From the IMG/VR virus record IMGVR_UViG_3300027861_000010: DNA of 64,000 bases; one strand, given 5' to 3'. Position 1 is the first letter of the stretch. Each line of letters begins with the position of its first letter. This document shows, piece by piece, positions 53,623 through 63,410 of the stretch. The stretch is from a virus. Position numbers and translations under genes: made by a program. The notes beneath the pieces are model-generated. The model worked only from the letters and a program-made list of their open reading frames with translations. It did no database searches and had not been told where the DNA came from.

Positions 53623-54680
53623 ACCACCAGAACATTGGCGGTATGCCGGGTACGATGATTCCTCGTTCTGGTCGGGATGGCCAGTCCCTGGCGTTCGACC
53701 CAAACAAACCTCAAACTGTTATTGTAGATCCCGGTGAGGACGGTGGCGGGTTCCAATTGGACATGTCTGTCCTGGCAGCAACTAAAACCAAATTCAACTC
53801 CGCGGCAGTACGATCAGAAGTAGCCGGTGACGTCACGTCTTTCTATCGTGAAGTCAGCGAAGGGCTCGTGGAGAAAGAGCAGCTCCAAGAGGAGCTGAAG
53901 ACCAAACTCCAAGCAAAACTGAAGGAACCTTCACCGATGCCTGAACCAATCAAGCCGATCACGTCCTTACCTCCTGTGGGTCAACCGAAGCCGAAGTTAC
54001 CAAGTGAAGCCGAAATGGAGGCTCAAGCCGCAGCCTTCGACACCGAGGGAGCGATCGACCGGTTGTTGAGCGAGGAGAAGGTTAAAGCTGAGCAAATGAA
54101 GGAGAAGCAGCGAGCTTGGTCTGCCATGGCTCACGATGCAGGAGAAACTCCAGCTCACTTGCAGCGGCAGCCGGAGGAGATGACAGAGATACGGGCCTCA
54201 CTCAACAAGCAAGGCGAGGCCATTAACGCCTTGATCGGTGTGCTGCACCGTATGGAGGAGAAGTCTGCTGAGCCCCCAGCGGAGCAAGCCCCACCTGCTC
54301 AAGAAGAGACACCCGAGGCCACAAAGGCGGAAGAGGTAGAGAAGCTCAATCCGTTCGAGAGCCTGAAGATTGAATTCCTGGTTGAAGACAAACCCAAACG
54401 GCCACAGTATGAAACCTATTTCGAGATGTCGAAAATGGGTACAATGGCTGCACGTTACCACGCTGTGGTGGTCGGGCAGCAGTGCTTGGCCTTGGTTTAC
54501 GACACACGGTTCGAGGACGGTTTCCAATACCTTCCACCGAACTTAGGTGAAGAGAAGATCACAGTTTCAGTTCCAAAGCTGGATGACGGCGTTTATACTT
54601 GCTCCTCATTAGGGTTGCATTGGTCCATGGGTTGTTTGGACGTCGTCATTCTCATTAAACATGACGGAGTAGAAGAATGA
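53577..54680 (+). CDS. Hypothetical protein two genes upstream of the portal (possible head-assembly factor)
   Basis: 367 aa, P/E-rich with a coiled-coil middle; function inferred from position only. Confidence 0.6.
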   Translation: MADNSVRNNSPDPKEYHQNIGGMPGTMIPRSGRDGQSLAFDPNKPQTVIVDPGEDGGGFQLDMSVLAATKTKFNSAAVRSEVAGDVTSFYREVSEGLVEKEQLQEELKTKLQAKLKEPSPMPEPIKPITSLPPVGQPKPKLPSEAEMEAQAAAFDTEGAIDRLLSEEKVKAEQMKEKQRAWSAMAHDAGETPAHLQRQPEEMTEIRASLNKQGEAINALIGVLHRMEEKSAEPPAEQAPPAQEETPEATKAEEVEKLNPFESLKIEFLVEDKPKRPQYETYFEMSKMGTMAARYHAVVVGQQCLALVYDTRFEDGFQYLPPNLGEEKITVSVPKLDDGVYTCSSLGLHWSMGCLDVVILIKHDGVEE

Positions 54681-54880
54681 CGATGGAAAAGAATGGTGCA
54701 ATCAGCAGTGAAACCCCTGGGTGTTGCGGCGGCGGTTTTAACCCCAAGGAAGCGTCGGCAGACAACCAGCCCCAACAGCTCAAGCTTTTTCCGGAGACGG
54801 ATGTGGAGGCTGATGCCATGGAACAAGACCTCACGAAGCAAGCTGTCGACTCGGTCGAAGACGCTAGTAAGCCTAAGTAG
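54677..54880 (+). CDS. Hypothetical protein
   Basis: ATGA coupling; 67 aa. Confidence 0.5.
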   Translation: MTMEKNGAISSETPGCCGGGFNPKEASADNQPQQLKLFPETDVEADAMEQDLTKQAVDSVEDASKPK

Positions 54881-54913
54881 TAATTTTGACAGCAAGTCAC
54901 GGAGGATCGGTGA

Positions 54914-56860
54914 ATGTCCATTCTTTCAGCAAATAGTCCCTATTTCCAAGCCGGAGCAGGTGCCAACGGTGATGAGGGCTTTGCCGATCCGTTCAACGAT
55001 ATAGCCACCACCCAGATGCCGACAACAATGAAGTCGGCTCTGTGGTGGTCCGAATACATCTGGACGGTGATGGGCACCTACCGGATGGCGATGGAACGAA
55101 TCGTCAGTTACTTCATCACTGACGTTGAGCTCGGAGGGGATGCCAGCGATGACGAAAAAGACAAGTACCAGGACTTCCTGGGCGAACAGCTTGACGCTTT
55201 AAGTTTCCTGGGCCTGATGATGCGTGACAGGCTTTGCTACGGGAACGCATTTGCCAGTGTTGTTGTTCCTTTTCGCCGCTATCTGCAGTGCCCCAAAACA
55301 GGCGATCTCTACCCACTCAAGATCGTCTATTACAACTTCAACTTCCAATTCAACGACAAGTTCGAGTTCATCGCGACATGTCCGAAGACAGGCTGGCGTG
55401 GAGCTTGGCATGTAATCGACAAGCCTCGTGAGGAGTCGGATCACTTAATTCTCAAGCGGTGGAACCCGCACGAGATGGAATTGCTGCACGACCCCTACAC
55501 TGACGAAGTAGCATATTTGTGGCGAGTTCCTGAGTACTACAAGCGGATGATTAAAGAGGGGAATCTTTATCATCTGGAGCGAGCCAGTAAGCAAGTACTC
55601 GAAGCGATCAAGCACGATAAGCTGTTCCGCTTCAATCCTGATGCGATCTATCACATGAAGGAACAGACCCTGGCGGGCATTCGCAACATGGGTTGGGGCC
55701 TTCCTCGCAGCCTCGTCAATTACAGGCAGATCTGGTACGTCCAGGTGCTGCGGCGATACAACGAAGCAATTGCGTTGGATTACATCATTCCCTTCAGGTT
55801 AATCACGCCTGAAGCTCGAAGTGGTGGGCAGAGTGGGCTTGGTACTCAAGACCCCATGTCGGTCTACAACGCAGGCGATTTCCGCTCACAGATCCGTCAC
55901 ATGTTGAATAAACGACGGCGTGATCCGGCGTCTTGGCAGATGCTGCCATTCCCTGTGAATTACCAGATGCTGGGCGGTGATGCCAACCAACTGGCTCCTA
56001 CGGAGCTGATCACACAGGGTTTCGATACGTTACTCAATGAGACGGGCACGCCGGTTGAGTTCTACAATGGTTCCTTGTCCATGCAGGCCGCTCCTGTGGC
56101 TCTGAGGCTGTTCGAGAGCACTCACCGTCAATTGGTGTCTGATGCGAACAACTTCTTACAGTGGATGTGCAACACAGTCAGCAGGGTCATGTCCTGGGAG
56201 ATTGTGGACTGCAAGCTCAAACGAGTTACGCTGGCTGACGATATTGCAAAGCAGACTACTGCTCTGCAGTTGATGATGGGTCAGCAGCTTTCTGGTACAT
56301 CTGGTCTGGCTGCAATTGGTTACGACTGGGAGACCGAACAGAAGCGACTTGCCGACGAAGCACGCAAGCAACAGGAAATGGCTGCTCGGCAAGCGGAAGA
56401 AGCAGAGCAGGCTGGGCTTGCCCAGCAGATCGCCAAAGGACAGCCAGCAGGAGGCGGTATGCCTCCTGGCGGCGACCCAGCAGCTGCTGGTGCAGGTGGG
56501 GATCCTGCCGCGGCTGCTGGTGGCGGTGGTGGCGATCCTGCTGCGGCTGGTGGTGGTCCAGGTATGGCCGCACAGGGCGGTATGCCTGTGTCGGACTACA
56601 TCCAGTCGATGGGTCCGAATGCCAACGTTACGCCTAACGATCTGCAGTCTGCTGCTGAGATGATTGCTCAGGAGTTACTTGGTTTGCCTGAAGGCACCAA
56701 AGATTCGCAGCTTCGAGAACTGAAGAAGCACAATCCAACCCTTCATGCTATCGTGAAGGAAAAGATGAACGACACGCGACAGGCTGCTCGTCAACAAGGT
56801 GGCGACCAACTCCTGCAACAGCAGTTCGGAGGGGGAGGCCAACCTGGAGCTCCCATGTAA
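54914..56860 (+). CDS. Portal protein (putative)
   Basis: 648 aa with helical N-terminal wing (DRLCYGNAFASV), WGLPRSL, AIALDYIIPFRLITP and a low-complexity G/A/Q C-terminus; GGAGGA RBS. Confidence 0.65.
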   Translation: MSILSANSPYFQAGAGANGDEGFADPFNDIATTQMPTTMKSALWWSEYIWTVMGTYRMAMERIVSYFITDVELGGDASDDEKDKYQDFLGEQLDALSFLGLMMRDRLCYGNAFASVVVPFRRYLQCPKTGDLYPLKIVYYNFNFQFNDKFEFIATCPKTGWRGAWHVIDKPREESDHLILKRWNPHEMELLHDPYTDEVAYLWRVPEYYKRMIKEGNLYHLERASKQVLEAIKHDKLFRFNPDAIYHMKEQTLAGIRNMGWGLPRSLVNYRQIWYVQVLRRYNEAIALDYIIPFRLITPEARSGGQSGLGTQDPMSVYNAGDFRSQIRHMLNKRRRDPASWQMLPFPVNYQMLGGDANQLAPTELITQGFDTLLNETGTPVEFYNGSLSMQAAPVALRLFESTHRQLVSDANNFLQWMCNTVSRVMSWEIVDCKLKRVTLADDIAKQTTALQLMMGQQLSGTSGLAAIGYDWETEQKRLADEARKQQEMAARQAEEAEQAGLAQQIAKGQPAGGGMPPGGDPAAAGAGGDPAAAAGGGGGDPAAAGGGPGMAAQGGMPVSDYIQSMGPNANVTPNDLQSAAEMIAQELLGLPEGTKDSQLRELKKHNPTLHAIVKEKMNDTRQAARQQGGDQLLQQQFGGGGQPGAPM

Positions 56861-56869
56861 AGGGCGATT

Positions 56870-57667
56870 ATGCTAAGAATTGGTTTCATTTGCCCTGCCT
56901 ACGACGCCGTCGCATTCGACACATACACCCGTGCAGCCTTGATCTCGTTCTTTGATACGACTCCAGGTGGTGTGGCTCTGGTTGTTGATGACGGCTCTAC
57001 ATCTTGGACTCCAGCATACGAACAGTCATTGCGGGAGCTCGTGTGTGGTTACGACCATGCTGAGATTCACTTCAAGCACTTCCCGCAAAGAGGTGGGCTG
57101 ACTCGCAGCTGGAATGCGGGTCTGGCCATGGCCGATGCAATGGGACTGGACTACGCTATTGCGGGTAACAATGATGTGATCTTTACGGCCAAGTGGTACG
57201 AGGGACTGTTACATGCATTGACCAACGGTTATGCGTTAACTGGTCCACTCTCTAACGCTCCAGGCATCACAGCCAAAGGGAAGCAAGAAGTCCAACGTTA
57301 TCTTTCGAGGTTCGTTCTGACGGACGATCGTGATAAATTGGATACCATAGCGGCTGAGTTACATGAGAAGCATCTCGGTAAGGTTGTTGAGTCATCAGTC
57401 AATGGCTTCTTCCAGATGGCTTCCATGGACGCTTGGCGACAAGGTAAGTTCGACGACAGGCATTACTACAAACCCAAAAATACTCACACCAGCAAAGGCC
57501 GTCGAAATCCTACACCTTTGATGACACTGAATGAGGATGAATTGCAAGGTCGTTGGGCAAGGAAGAAGATGCGATCCGCTATTGCTTTAGGAAGCTTTGT
57601 ATTTCACTATCGGGCTGTTTCTCGAGGCGATAAGTACAAACGCGGAAAATGGTACAGACAAAAATGA
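56870..57667 (+). CDS. Glycosyltransferase family 2
   Basis: FICPAY, VVDDGS, GGLTRSWNAG, GNNDVIF and FVFHYR. Confidence 0.8.
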   Translation: MLRIGFICPAYDAVAFDTYTRAALISFFDTTPGGVALVVDDGSTSWTPAYEQSLRELVCGYDHAEIHFKHFPQRGGLTRSWNAGLAMADAMGLDYAIAGNNDVIFTAKWYEGLLHALTNGYALTGPLSNAPGITAKGKQEVQRYLSRFVLTDDRDKLDTIAAELHEKHLGKVVESSVNGFFQMASMDAWRQGKFDDRHYYKPKNTHTSKGRRNPTPLMTLNEDELQGRWARKKMRSAIALGSFVFHYRAVSRGDKYKRGKWYRQK

Positions 57668-58362
57668 GCAAAACAGTCATCTACAGCTGCGTGACAGGCA
57701 ACTACGACAAGTTGCTGTCGGCCATTCTGGCCTCTCGGGCAATTCCCGAGAAGGATGTAACTTACGTGCTCTATACCGATCAACCTGGAGTGCCTGAGAA
57801 GTACATGTCGTCAGGCTCTCATTTGGCATGGGAAATACGTCCTCCGGTATGGAAACACAGGCTTTGTCGTCGTCGCACGGCTCGCTGGCATAAGATCATG
57901 AGCCACGTCCTGTTTCCTGAGGCAGAGCACACCATTTGGCTTGATGGCTCTCAGCGGCTGCATGCAGTTAAGGCATCAGAGATTTTGTTGCCTCACTTGC
58001 AAGACAACCACGTCGCGACTTTCAAACATCCTGATCGTACATGTGTGTATCAGGAGTTGCATGCTTGCAGGCGACTCAAGAAAGACAACGCAGTGTTAAT
58101 GGAACGCCAAATGGGGGCGTACCGTACTGACGGCTATCCGACATTTAATGGTCTGGTCGAGACAGCTTGTGTCCTCCGTACAAACAGACCGGAACAGATC
58201 GAGTTCAACCAGCTATGGTGGAAGCAGATCAAACAGCACAGCTTTCGGGATCAACTGAGCTTCAATTATGTAGCATGGAAGCTGGGAATGAAGTATGGTC
58301 GAGTACCTGGTTGTCGTGCGAAGTCTGACTTCTGTGACTTCGTAATGCATGGTCACGGTTAA
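57664..58362 (+). CDS. DUF616 (TOD1/MUCI70-like) glycosyltransferase
   Basis: VIYSCVTGNYD, IWLDGS, FKHPDRTCVYQE and RDQLSFNYVAWK. Confidence 0.8.
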   Translation: MSKTVIYSCVTGNYDKLLSAILASRAIPEKDVTYVLYTDQPGVPEKYMSSGSHLAWEIRPPVWKHRLCRRRTARWHKIMSHVLFPEAEHTIWLDGSQRLHAVKASEILLPHLQDNHVATFKHPDRTCVYQELHACRRLKKDNAVLMERQMGAYRTDGYPTFNGLVETACVLRTNRPEQIEFNQLWWKQIKQHSFRDQLSFNYVAWKLGMKYGRVPGCRAKSDFCDFVMHGHG

Positions 58363-58380
58363 CTCGTCCAAGGATCACTA

Positions 58381-59454
58381 ATGCTTAAGGTCGGTCTGCT
58401 TACTCCCTATGTCCGCAACGAGGTAACACTGGCCGCCACGCAATTTGCAGATTGGCTGACTCGTTGCGGTATTGATGTGGCGATTCTGTCTGACTCAAAG
58501 ATAGAGTCAGGTATTCACCCCGTTTGGGACAAAAGGGTCAAACGGGCTCACAGGAAGAACGTGTACGCTTGGGCCTACGGCTCGACGCATCTTTGTTGGT
58601 TTAGTGCGAACTCCAAAGCCTTGCAGTGGTCCAGGCTGGTCGGCTTCGACAAACCTAAGTTTCGCACCAAACATTACTTCTTCCCTTATTGGTCACACTG
58701 GCCTGACCGTTGTGACAATTTCCTACGGCAGTCCGATCGGGTCATCTGTTTGAACCAGGACCTATTCAACTGGCTCAAGGAGCATCGGCGACCCAACATC
58801 CTGGAGTACGACCGAACCTGGGCTAATCTGCTGCCTGCTGAGCAAGTGCTAGTGCCGAAGCATGGCCGAGTCAGCAAAGATCAAACCTACCTGATGGCTT
58901 TGCTGACCAGCACCACGCATTTGGACCTGGGTGAGGGTATTCTCGACGTATTCGACTTCTTGTTGACTACGAGGCCGGACCTGTGGTTGACTGTTGTCCT
59001 GGAGAAGTCATTACCGCGGAACTATCGAGCCAAGTTGTCCAGGCTGGGTCAGGTTCACAGGGAGCGACTCACAGTCGTACATAATCCGCCGTACTACGCT
59101 TACAGCGATCTGGCTCGCAGACATGATTGGGTTTACGTCGCCAATACCCGGCATCTGTTTGGTTCCCTAATATATGCTTTGCTGCCGAGCACAGTTCCGT
59201 TAATCTGTCATGATGTGCCACCGGTTGGAGCTCACATACAAGACAACAACAATGGGCGACTGATACCATGCGAGGTGCACGACGACTCGGCCCCGATAGC
59301 TGGAGTCAGTTTAGATGTGGTTGGCAATTATCTGGACGAGATACTGGATGAGCCTTCCATTGTGTTGAAGGCGTTGCAGCTTACAGGCGTAGAGCTGTTC
59401 AACAAGCGTCAAACGGCATTCGAGCGTTTTATCAATAAAGAGTTCATTGAATGA
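58381..59454 (+). CDS. GT-B (GT4-like) glycosyltransferase with degenerate motifs
   Basis: HDWVYVANTRHLFG...PLICHDVPPVGAHIQDNNNGRLI matches the GT4 C-terminal pattern, but the acidic residues are missing. Confidence 0.55.
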   Translation: MLKVGLLTPYVRNEVTLAATQFADWLTRCGIDVAILSDSKIESGIHPVWDKRVKRAHRKNVYAWAYGSTHLCWFSANSKALQWSRLVGFDKPKFRTKHYFFPYWSHWPDRCDNFLRQSDRVICLNQDLFNWLKEHRRPNILEYDRTWANLLPAEQVLVPKHGRVSKDQTYLMALLTSTTHLDLGEGILDVFDFLLTTRPDLWLTVVLEKSLPRNYRAKLSRLGQVHRERLTVVHNPPYYAYSDLARRHDWVYVANTRHLFGSLIYALLPSTVPLICHDVPPVGAHIQDNNNGRLIPCEVHDDSAPIAGVSLDVVGNYLDEILDEPSIVLKALQLTGVELFNKRQTAFERFINKEFIE

Positions 59455-60032
59455 AGCCCTTAGTGAAGAAGAACATCATCGTAGCTGGCACTCCAGGGGC
59501 CTGGATCAACGTGATTGCTGGCCTGTTGAATGAGCGAGGCTGGCAGATCACTTGGCCGGGGCAGGACATTGACATTCGTGACGGTCAGTTATTCCATGAC
59601 CACAACAAACAAAACATCGAGGTGCAGAACATCCACTACATGTTGTGCTCTCAACACGGGTGTCAGTTGGTTTCAGCGGATTTGCCGAAGTTTTACGGTA
59701 CGCCGTTTCCTGGGCCAAAAGAGTTCATCGAGAGGTTTGACAAGCCTGCTGTGATTTCGGGAACATGTATGTCACCGTTTTTGGATCTTTGGGTTGAGAC
59801 CGCTGACGTAGTGATAAGCATTGAGGCCACACCTGAAGAAGATGTTGAGATGCTGAATAAGTGGACCCACAACAAACGCTCCGAAAGACAACTGCAGGAT
59901 ATTTGTGATGTCCACGTTGAGCGATACAATGAGCACCTGAAATTATTTCCGAAGGTGTTTACAATGAGCAACGCGGAAGTTCGTGATCGTCGTGTTGACG
60001 GTTTGGTGCGATTCTTAAATTCCGTATTTTAG
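59451..60032 (+). CDS. Sulfotransferase/P-loop-like protein, degenerate
   Basis: IIVAGTPGAWINVIAGLLNERGW echoes the sulfotransferase N-terminal motif. Confidence 0.4.
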   Translation: MKPLVKKNIIVAGTPGAWINVIAGLLNERGWQITWPGQDIDIRDGQLFHDHNKQNIEVQNIHYMLCSQHGCQLVSADLPKFYGTPFPGPKEFIERFDKPAVISGTCMSPFLDLWVETADVVISIEATPEEDVEMLNKWTHNKRSERQLQDICDVHVERYNEHLKLFPKVFTMSNAEVRDRRVDGLVRFLNSVF

Positions 60033-60041
60033 GAGAAGGAC

Positions 60042-61481
60042 ATGGACCGAGTACGACCGAAGGGTGAGTACGGTGCCAAGTCCTTCCCAATTCCAGAAGG
60101 GAAAACCATGACGACCCCAGAGAACCCAGTAGACAAGAAGATGGACCAAAGCGTTAACAAGGCTGCGGGACTACAAGCTACACCTGTACCTCCAAGCGAG
60201 GTTCCGGTACCTCCAGTGACTGCTGCGGCTCCCACGCCTCCAGTTGCAGCTCCAACGCCGCCTGTAAGTGCTCCGGCTCCACCGGCACCTGGAGGACCAC
60301 CTCAGTCCACAGGGCAACCGAGCGGCATGAATACGGTCAATGTGGCCAACGTGGCTGCTCAACTGGATCCCAGTGCTCATGTGCAGGCCGCACAACAGGT
60401 CGTGGTTAACGACATCTTCGGCTATGACGTAGCCTTCAACATGGCCTTCCTTGGGGCAGGACAAGGCGGAGCACGCATTGCGTCGAGCTTCTACGACATG
60501 GGCTACCGGCGTGTTGGGTTGTTCAACACTGCGGAGAGCGACTTCCAAGGGCTGCCTGAGGAAATTGAACGACATACGCTCGAGTTGGGTGGTGCCGCCA
60601 AGGATGCCAGGTTTGCTGAAGAGGCACTTACAGGGCGTGAAGAAGAGATCTGGGATCTCCTTCAACGTTCCTGGGGCAACGACATGGATTATGGATTGAT
60701 CTGTGTCAGTCTTGGCGGCGGAACAGGCAGCGGTACCAGCGGTAAGTTGGTTGAGATTGCTCGCCAGTACATGGAGAGCAAAGGGAAGCCGCCGCGAGTG
60801 GGAGTGATTCTCTCAATCCCCGCCTATACTGAAGGGCAGCAGGTATGTCGGAATGCGGTTACAGCATTCCAGAAGCTGATGGAGCTCAAATGCAGCCCCA
60901 TGATTCTGATCGACAATGCTCGCATCCATCAGCTGTATCGCCCTGGCATGACCCAGTTGTACAATGTGGCTAACAGCACGGTCAGTCAGTTATTCCATCT
61001 GTTCAACCAGCTGGCAGCTGTGCACAGCCCGCTCATCACCTTCGATCGTAGCGAGCTGGCACAGTTGCTTGATCACGGCATTTGTGTAATGGGGGCAGCG
61101 AGCCTGCAGAACATTACCAGTCCTGCGGACATCTCTGCGTCGATTCGGGATCAGCTAACCAACAACGTGTTGGCCGAGGTGGATCTGAAGAGCGGAACCA
61201 AGGGAGCCTGTTTGTTTGTTGGCGATCAGACGCATCTGGACAATCTCAGCCTCGACTATTTCGATGCGGGTTTCACCCAGATGAACCGTACGCTTAAGGG
61301 AGGCAACAGCGTTGTTCACCGCGGCGTGTATATCGGCCAATCTCCTGGTCTTCAGGCATACGCCATGATCAGTGACTTGAAGCCGCCCGTGGCCACATTG
61401 GCCAAGTTGGCAAAGGAAGCCAACATCACTAAGGCCCAGCTCAACGGAGGACTGGCACAATTTCTTGGAGTAAATGACTAA
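60042..61481 (+). CDS. Tubulin/FtsZ-superfamily GTPase (PhuZ/TubZ-like) with Pro-rich N-terminal extension
   Basis: FLGAGQGGARIA, FNT, signature LGGGTGSG, IDN and T7-like TFDRSEL. Confidence 0.88.
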   Translation: MDRVRPKGEYGAKSFPIPEGKTMTTPENPVDKKMDQSVNKAAGLQATPVPPSEVPVPPVTAAAPTPPVAAPTPPVSAPAPPAPGGPPQSTGQPSGMNTVNVANVAAQLDPSAHVQAAQQVVVNDIFGYDVAFNMAFLGAGQGGARIASSFYDMGYRRVGLFNTAESDFQGLPEEIERHTLELGGAAKDARFAEEALTGREEEIWDLLQRSWGNDMDYGLICVSLGGGTGSGTSGKLVEIARQYMESKGKPPRVGVILSIPAYTEGQQVCRNAVTAFQKLMELKCSPMILIDNARIHQLYRPGMTQLYNVANSTVSQLFHLFNQLAAVHSPLITFDRSELAQLLDHGICVMGAASLQNITSPADISASIRDQLTNNVLAEVDLKSGTKGACLFVGDQTHLDNLSLDYFDAGFTQMNRTLKGGNSVVHRGVYIGQSPGLQAYAMISDLKPPVATLAKLAKEANITKAQLNGGLAQFLGVND

Positions 61482-61711
61482 TGGGTGCTGTAAAAGAATA
61501 CCTGATGGAGCAAGCACAGCAGGACGCTGACGATCAAGCGACCTGCGAGGACTGCGGTGCAGAAATGGATTTCATTGTGGCCGATGGTGATCATTATTAC
61601 TGCTGCCTAGAGTGCCAAGATCGTGAGCGTGAGCACCAGGAAGCAACAGATCCACCTCTTGATGCGGGTGAACTTGCCGAAGAAATCTATACTAAATTGA
61701 AGAGAAAATGA
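61481..61711 (+). CDS. Small Zn-ribbon protein
   Basis: CEDC and CLEC pairs. Confidence 0.55.
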   Translation: MGAVKEYLMEQAQQDADDQATCEDCGAEMDFIVADGDHYYCCLECQDREREHQEATDPPLDAGELAEEIYTKLKRK

Positions 61712-61802
61712 TACCCTTCGGGTGACAAAATTGAGCCCATTTTTGGGCCACTTGTCCTATATCTCTCCCTTGAAATCACACACATACGGAAGGAATTAAC
61801 CC

Positions 61803-62114
61803 ATGTTTACGAACCAAACTGACGCGATATCCGGCGATCTGCAGGATTTGTTGACCTACTTGGAGGCCAAATTTCGGGCTGAGACGCAACAACCCGAGGG
61901 AATTAAGCTCAAAGAAGACGGCTTTCTGGCCTGGGCCAAGGGGCATTTGGGTGAAACTCGGCCAAGCGAAGTCTTCGCTGTGGACAACAATTACGGCATA
62001 CTGCTGACCAATGGGCAGCGGATCAAGCTGTGTCCTGATGTTGCTGGCGAAGAGGTCAGAACTGGCGATATGGCCAATCCTGACCAGTCCATTCCTGTAA
62101 CAAGAATGAAATAA
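61803..62114 (+). CDS. Hypothetical protein
   Basis: GGAAGGA RBS; 103 aa. Confidence 0.55.
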   Translation: MFTNQTDAISGDLQDLLTYLEAKFRAETQQPEGIKLKEDGFLAWAKGHLGETRPSEVFAVDNNYGILLTNGQRIKLCPDVAGEEVRTGDMANPDQSIPVTRMK

Positions 62115-62117
62115 CCC

Positions 62118-62825
62118 ATGCACAATCCCTTACTCGTCGGCCTTGTTGCTTACGCTCTCCGGACCAGTCAAAGCGTCCACCAGAGTCATTTTCAGCCTCA
62201 CTTTCTGGAGCTGGTTAAAGACTTGCGGATGTCCGAAAACTGGGATGAATTGCCGTGGTACGCCGACTTACATCAAGACTGGGTTGATCGCATCGAGACC
62301 GAAGCGTTTCTCGAACTGCTTAGTGATTTCAAAGCCATGTTCGGCGAGATCCTGCCCGAGCAGTTGATACCTCCAGGGCAGGAGATTCGCCTCAGGATTC
62401 TCGTCGATAACGCCAAACCCATTAGCTACAAAATCAAGAGCGTCTACGGCACATTTACTGTGCAGTGGGAAGACGGCACGCAGATTGAATACAACTGCCG
62501 TCCGTTGGGTGCAGAGAAGGTTGTTTTCAACACCCAGATGATCGCCAAGCTCTCTCATTTATTTGCTGATCAATTCGTCGAGGCTTCCGTGCAGCCTGGT
62601 CTTGATACGTTTCATGACCAGGTGGCCAAGCCTTTCGATCCAGAGAAGTTCAGTGACTTGATGAAGATCCTGCAGGATCATATTCAAGGCCTGGATGCCG
62701 CGGATCGGGAGGACTATATGCACATTTTCATTCGTCTGAATCATCAGTTCGGCCCGGGGCCGGACATGCAGATGCAGGGCGAAGATCCTCCACTTGAGTT
62801 TATCGAGGGTGGTGGTGGTTTCTAA
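62118..62825 (+). CDS. Hypothetical protein
   Basis: 235-aa ORF. Confidence 0.6.
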   Translation: MHNPLLVGLVAYALRTSQSVHQSHFQPHFLELVKDLRMSENWDELPWYADLHQDWVDRIETEAFLELLSDFKAMFGEILPEQLIPPGQEIRLRILVDNAKPISYKIKSVYGTFTVQWEDGTQIEYNCRPLGAEKVVFNTQMIAKLSHLFADQFVEASVQPGLDTFHDQVAKPFDPEKFSDLMKILQDHIQGLDAADREDYMHIFIRLNHQFGPGPDMQMQGEDPPLEFIEGGGGF

Positions 62826-62843
62826 CTAGCAACGGAGTGCACT

Positions 62844-62963
62844 ATGTCCACGGATGGACCAAGAGAACCTAACGAAGATGCCGGATGTTTCATTTTCTCA
62901 CTCATTTTCCTGGCCTGGGCCTGGATTACAGGTATGGGTTTGGAGGCGATCTTCGGCCAATGA
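62844..62963 (+). CDS. Small membrane protein (39 aa)
   Basis: GGAG RBS; GCFIFSLIFLAWAWITGMGLEAIFG TM segment; translated by hand. Confidence 0.45.
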   Translation: MSTDGPREPNEDAGCFIFSLIFLAWAWITGMGLEAIFGQ

Positions 62964-63264
62964 CTTAAAATCCGGAATTGAACATGGAACTACTCAAGAG
63001 AAGAGATTAAGAACACTGATGTTATCGACAAGAACTCCATTTAACTTAATGGCACCTTGCGATTCGATACGGTGTGAGACTTCGTGGAAGGAGAAGTCAA
63101 ATGACTCTTCCTGACACTTACGATGACATGCAACGAAATGTCCTCCGCTTGTAATGATCCTACGGGGTGGTAAGACACCCGATCAGCATGGGTAGCTCCC
63201 TGTTAGTCTGATTGCGAAACGAACGAGAAATCGAAAAGGAGTAGATCGGATCGTTACAAATTTT

Positions 63265-63337
63265 GGAGATTTAGCTTTGATGGTCAAAGCGTCCGGCTGA
63301 AGACCGGAAGAACTCGGTTCGATACCGAGAATCTCCA
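63265..63337 (+). tRNA. tRNA-Phe (GAA), CCA not encoded
   Basis: Acceptor GGAGATT/AATCTCC, D stem GCTT/AAGC, anticodon stem TCCGG/CCGGA with loop CTGAAGA, T arm CTCGG-TTCGATA-CCGAG. Confidence 0.95.
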
Positions 63338-63410
63338 CTTGGTAGCTTAATTAGTTTATGTTTTTTATAAACAATTAAAGCTACCACACTACATAAAGGC
63401 AGGAGGAATT

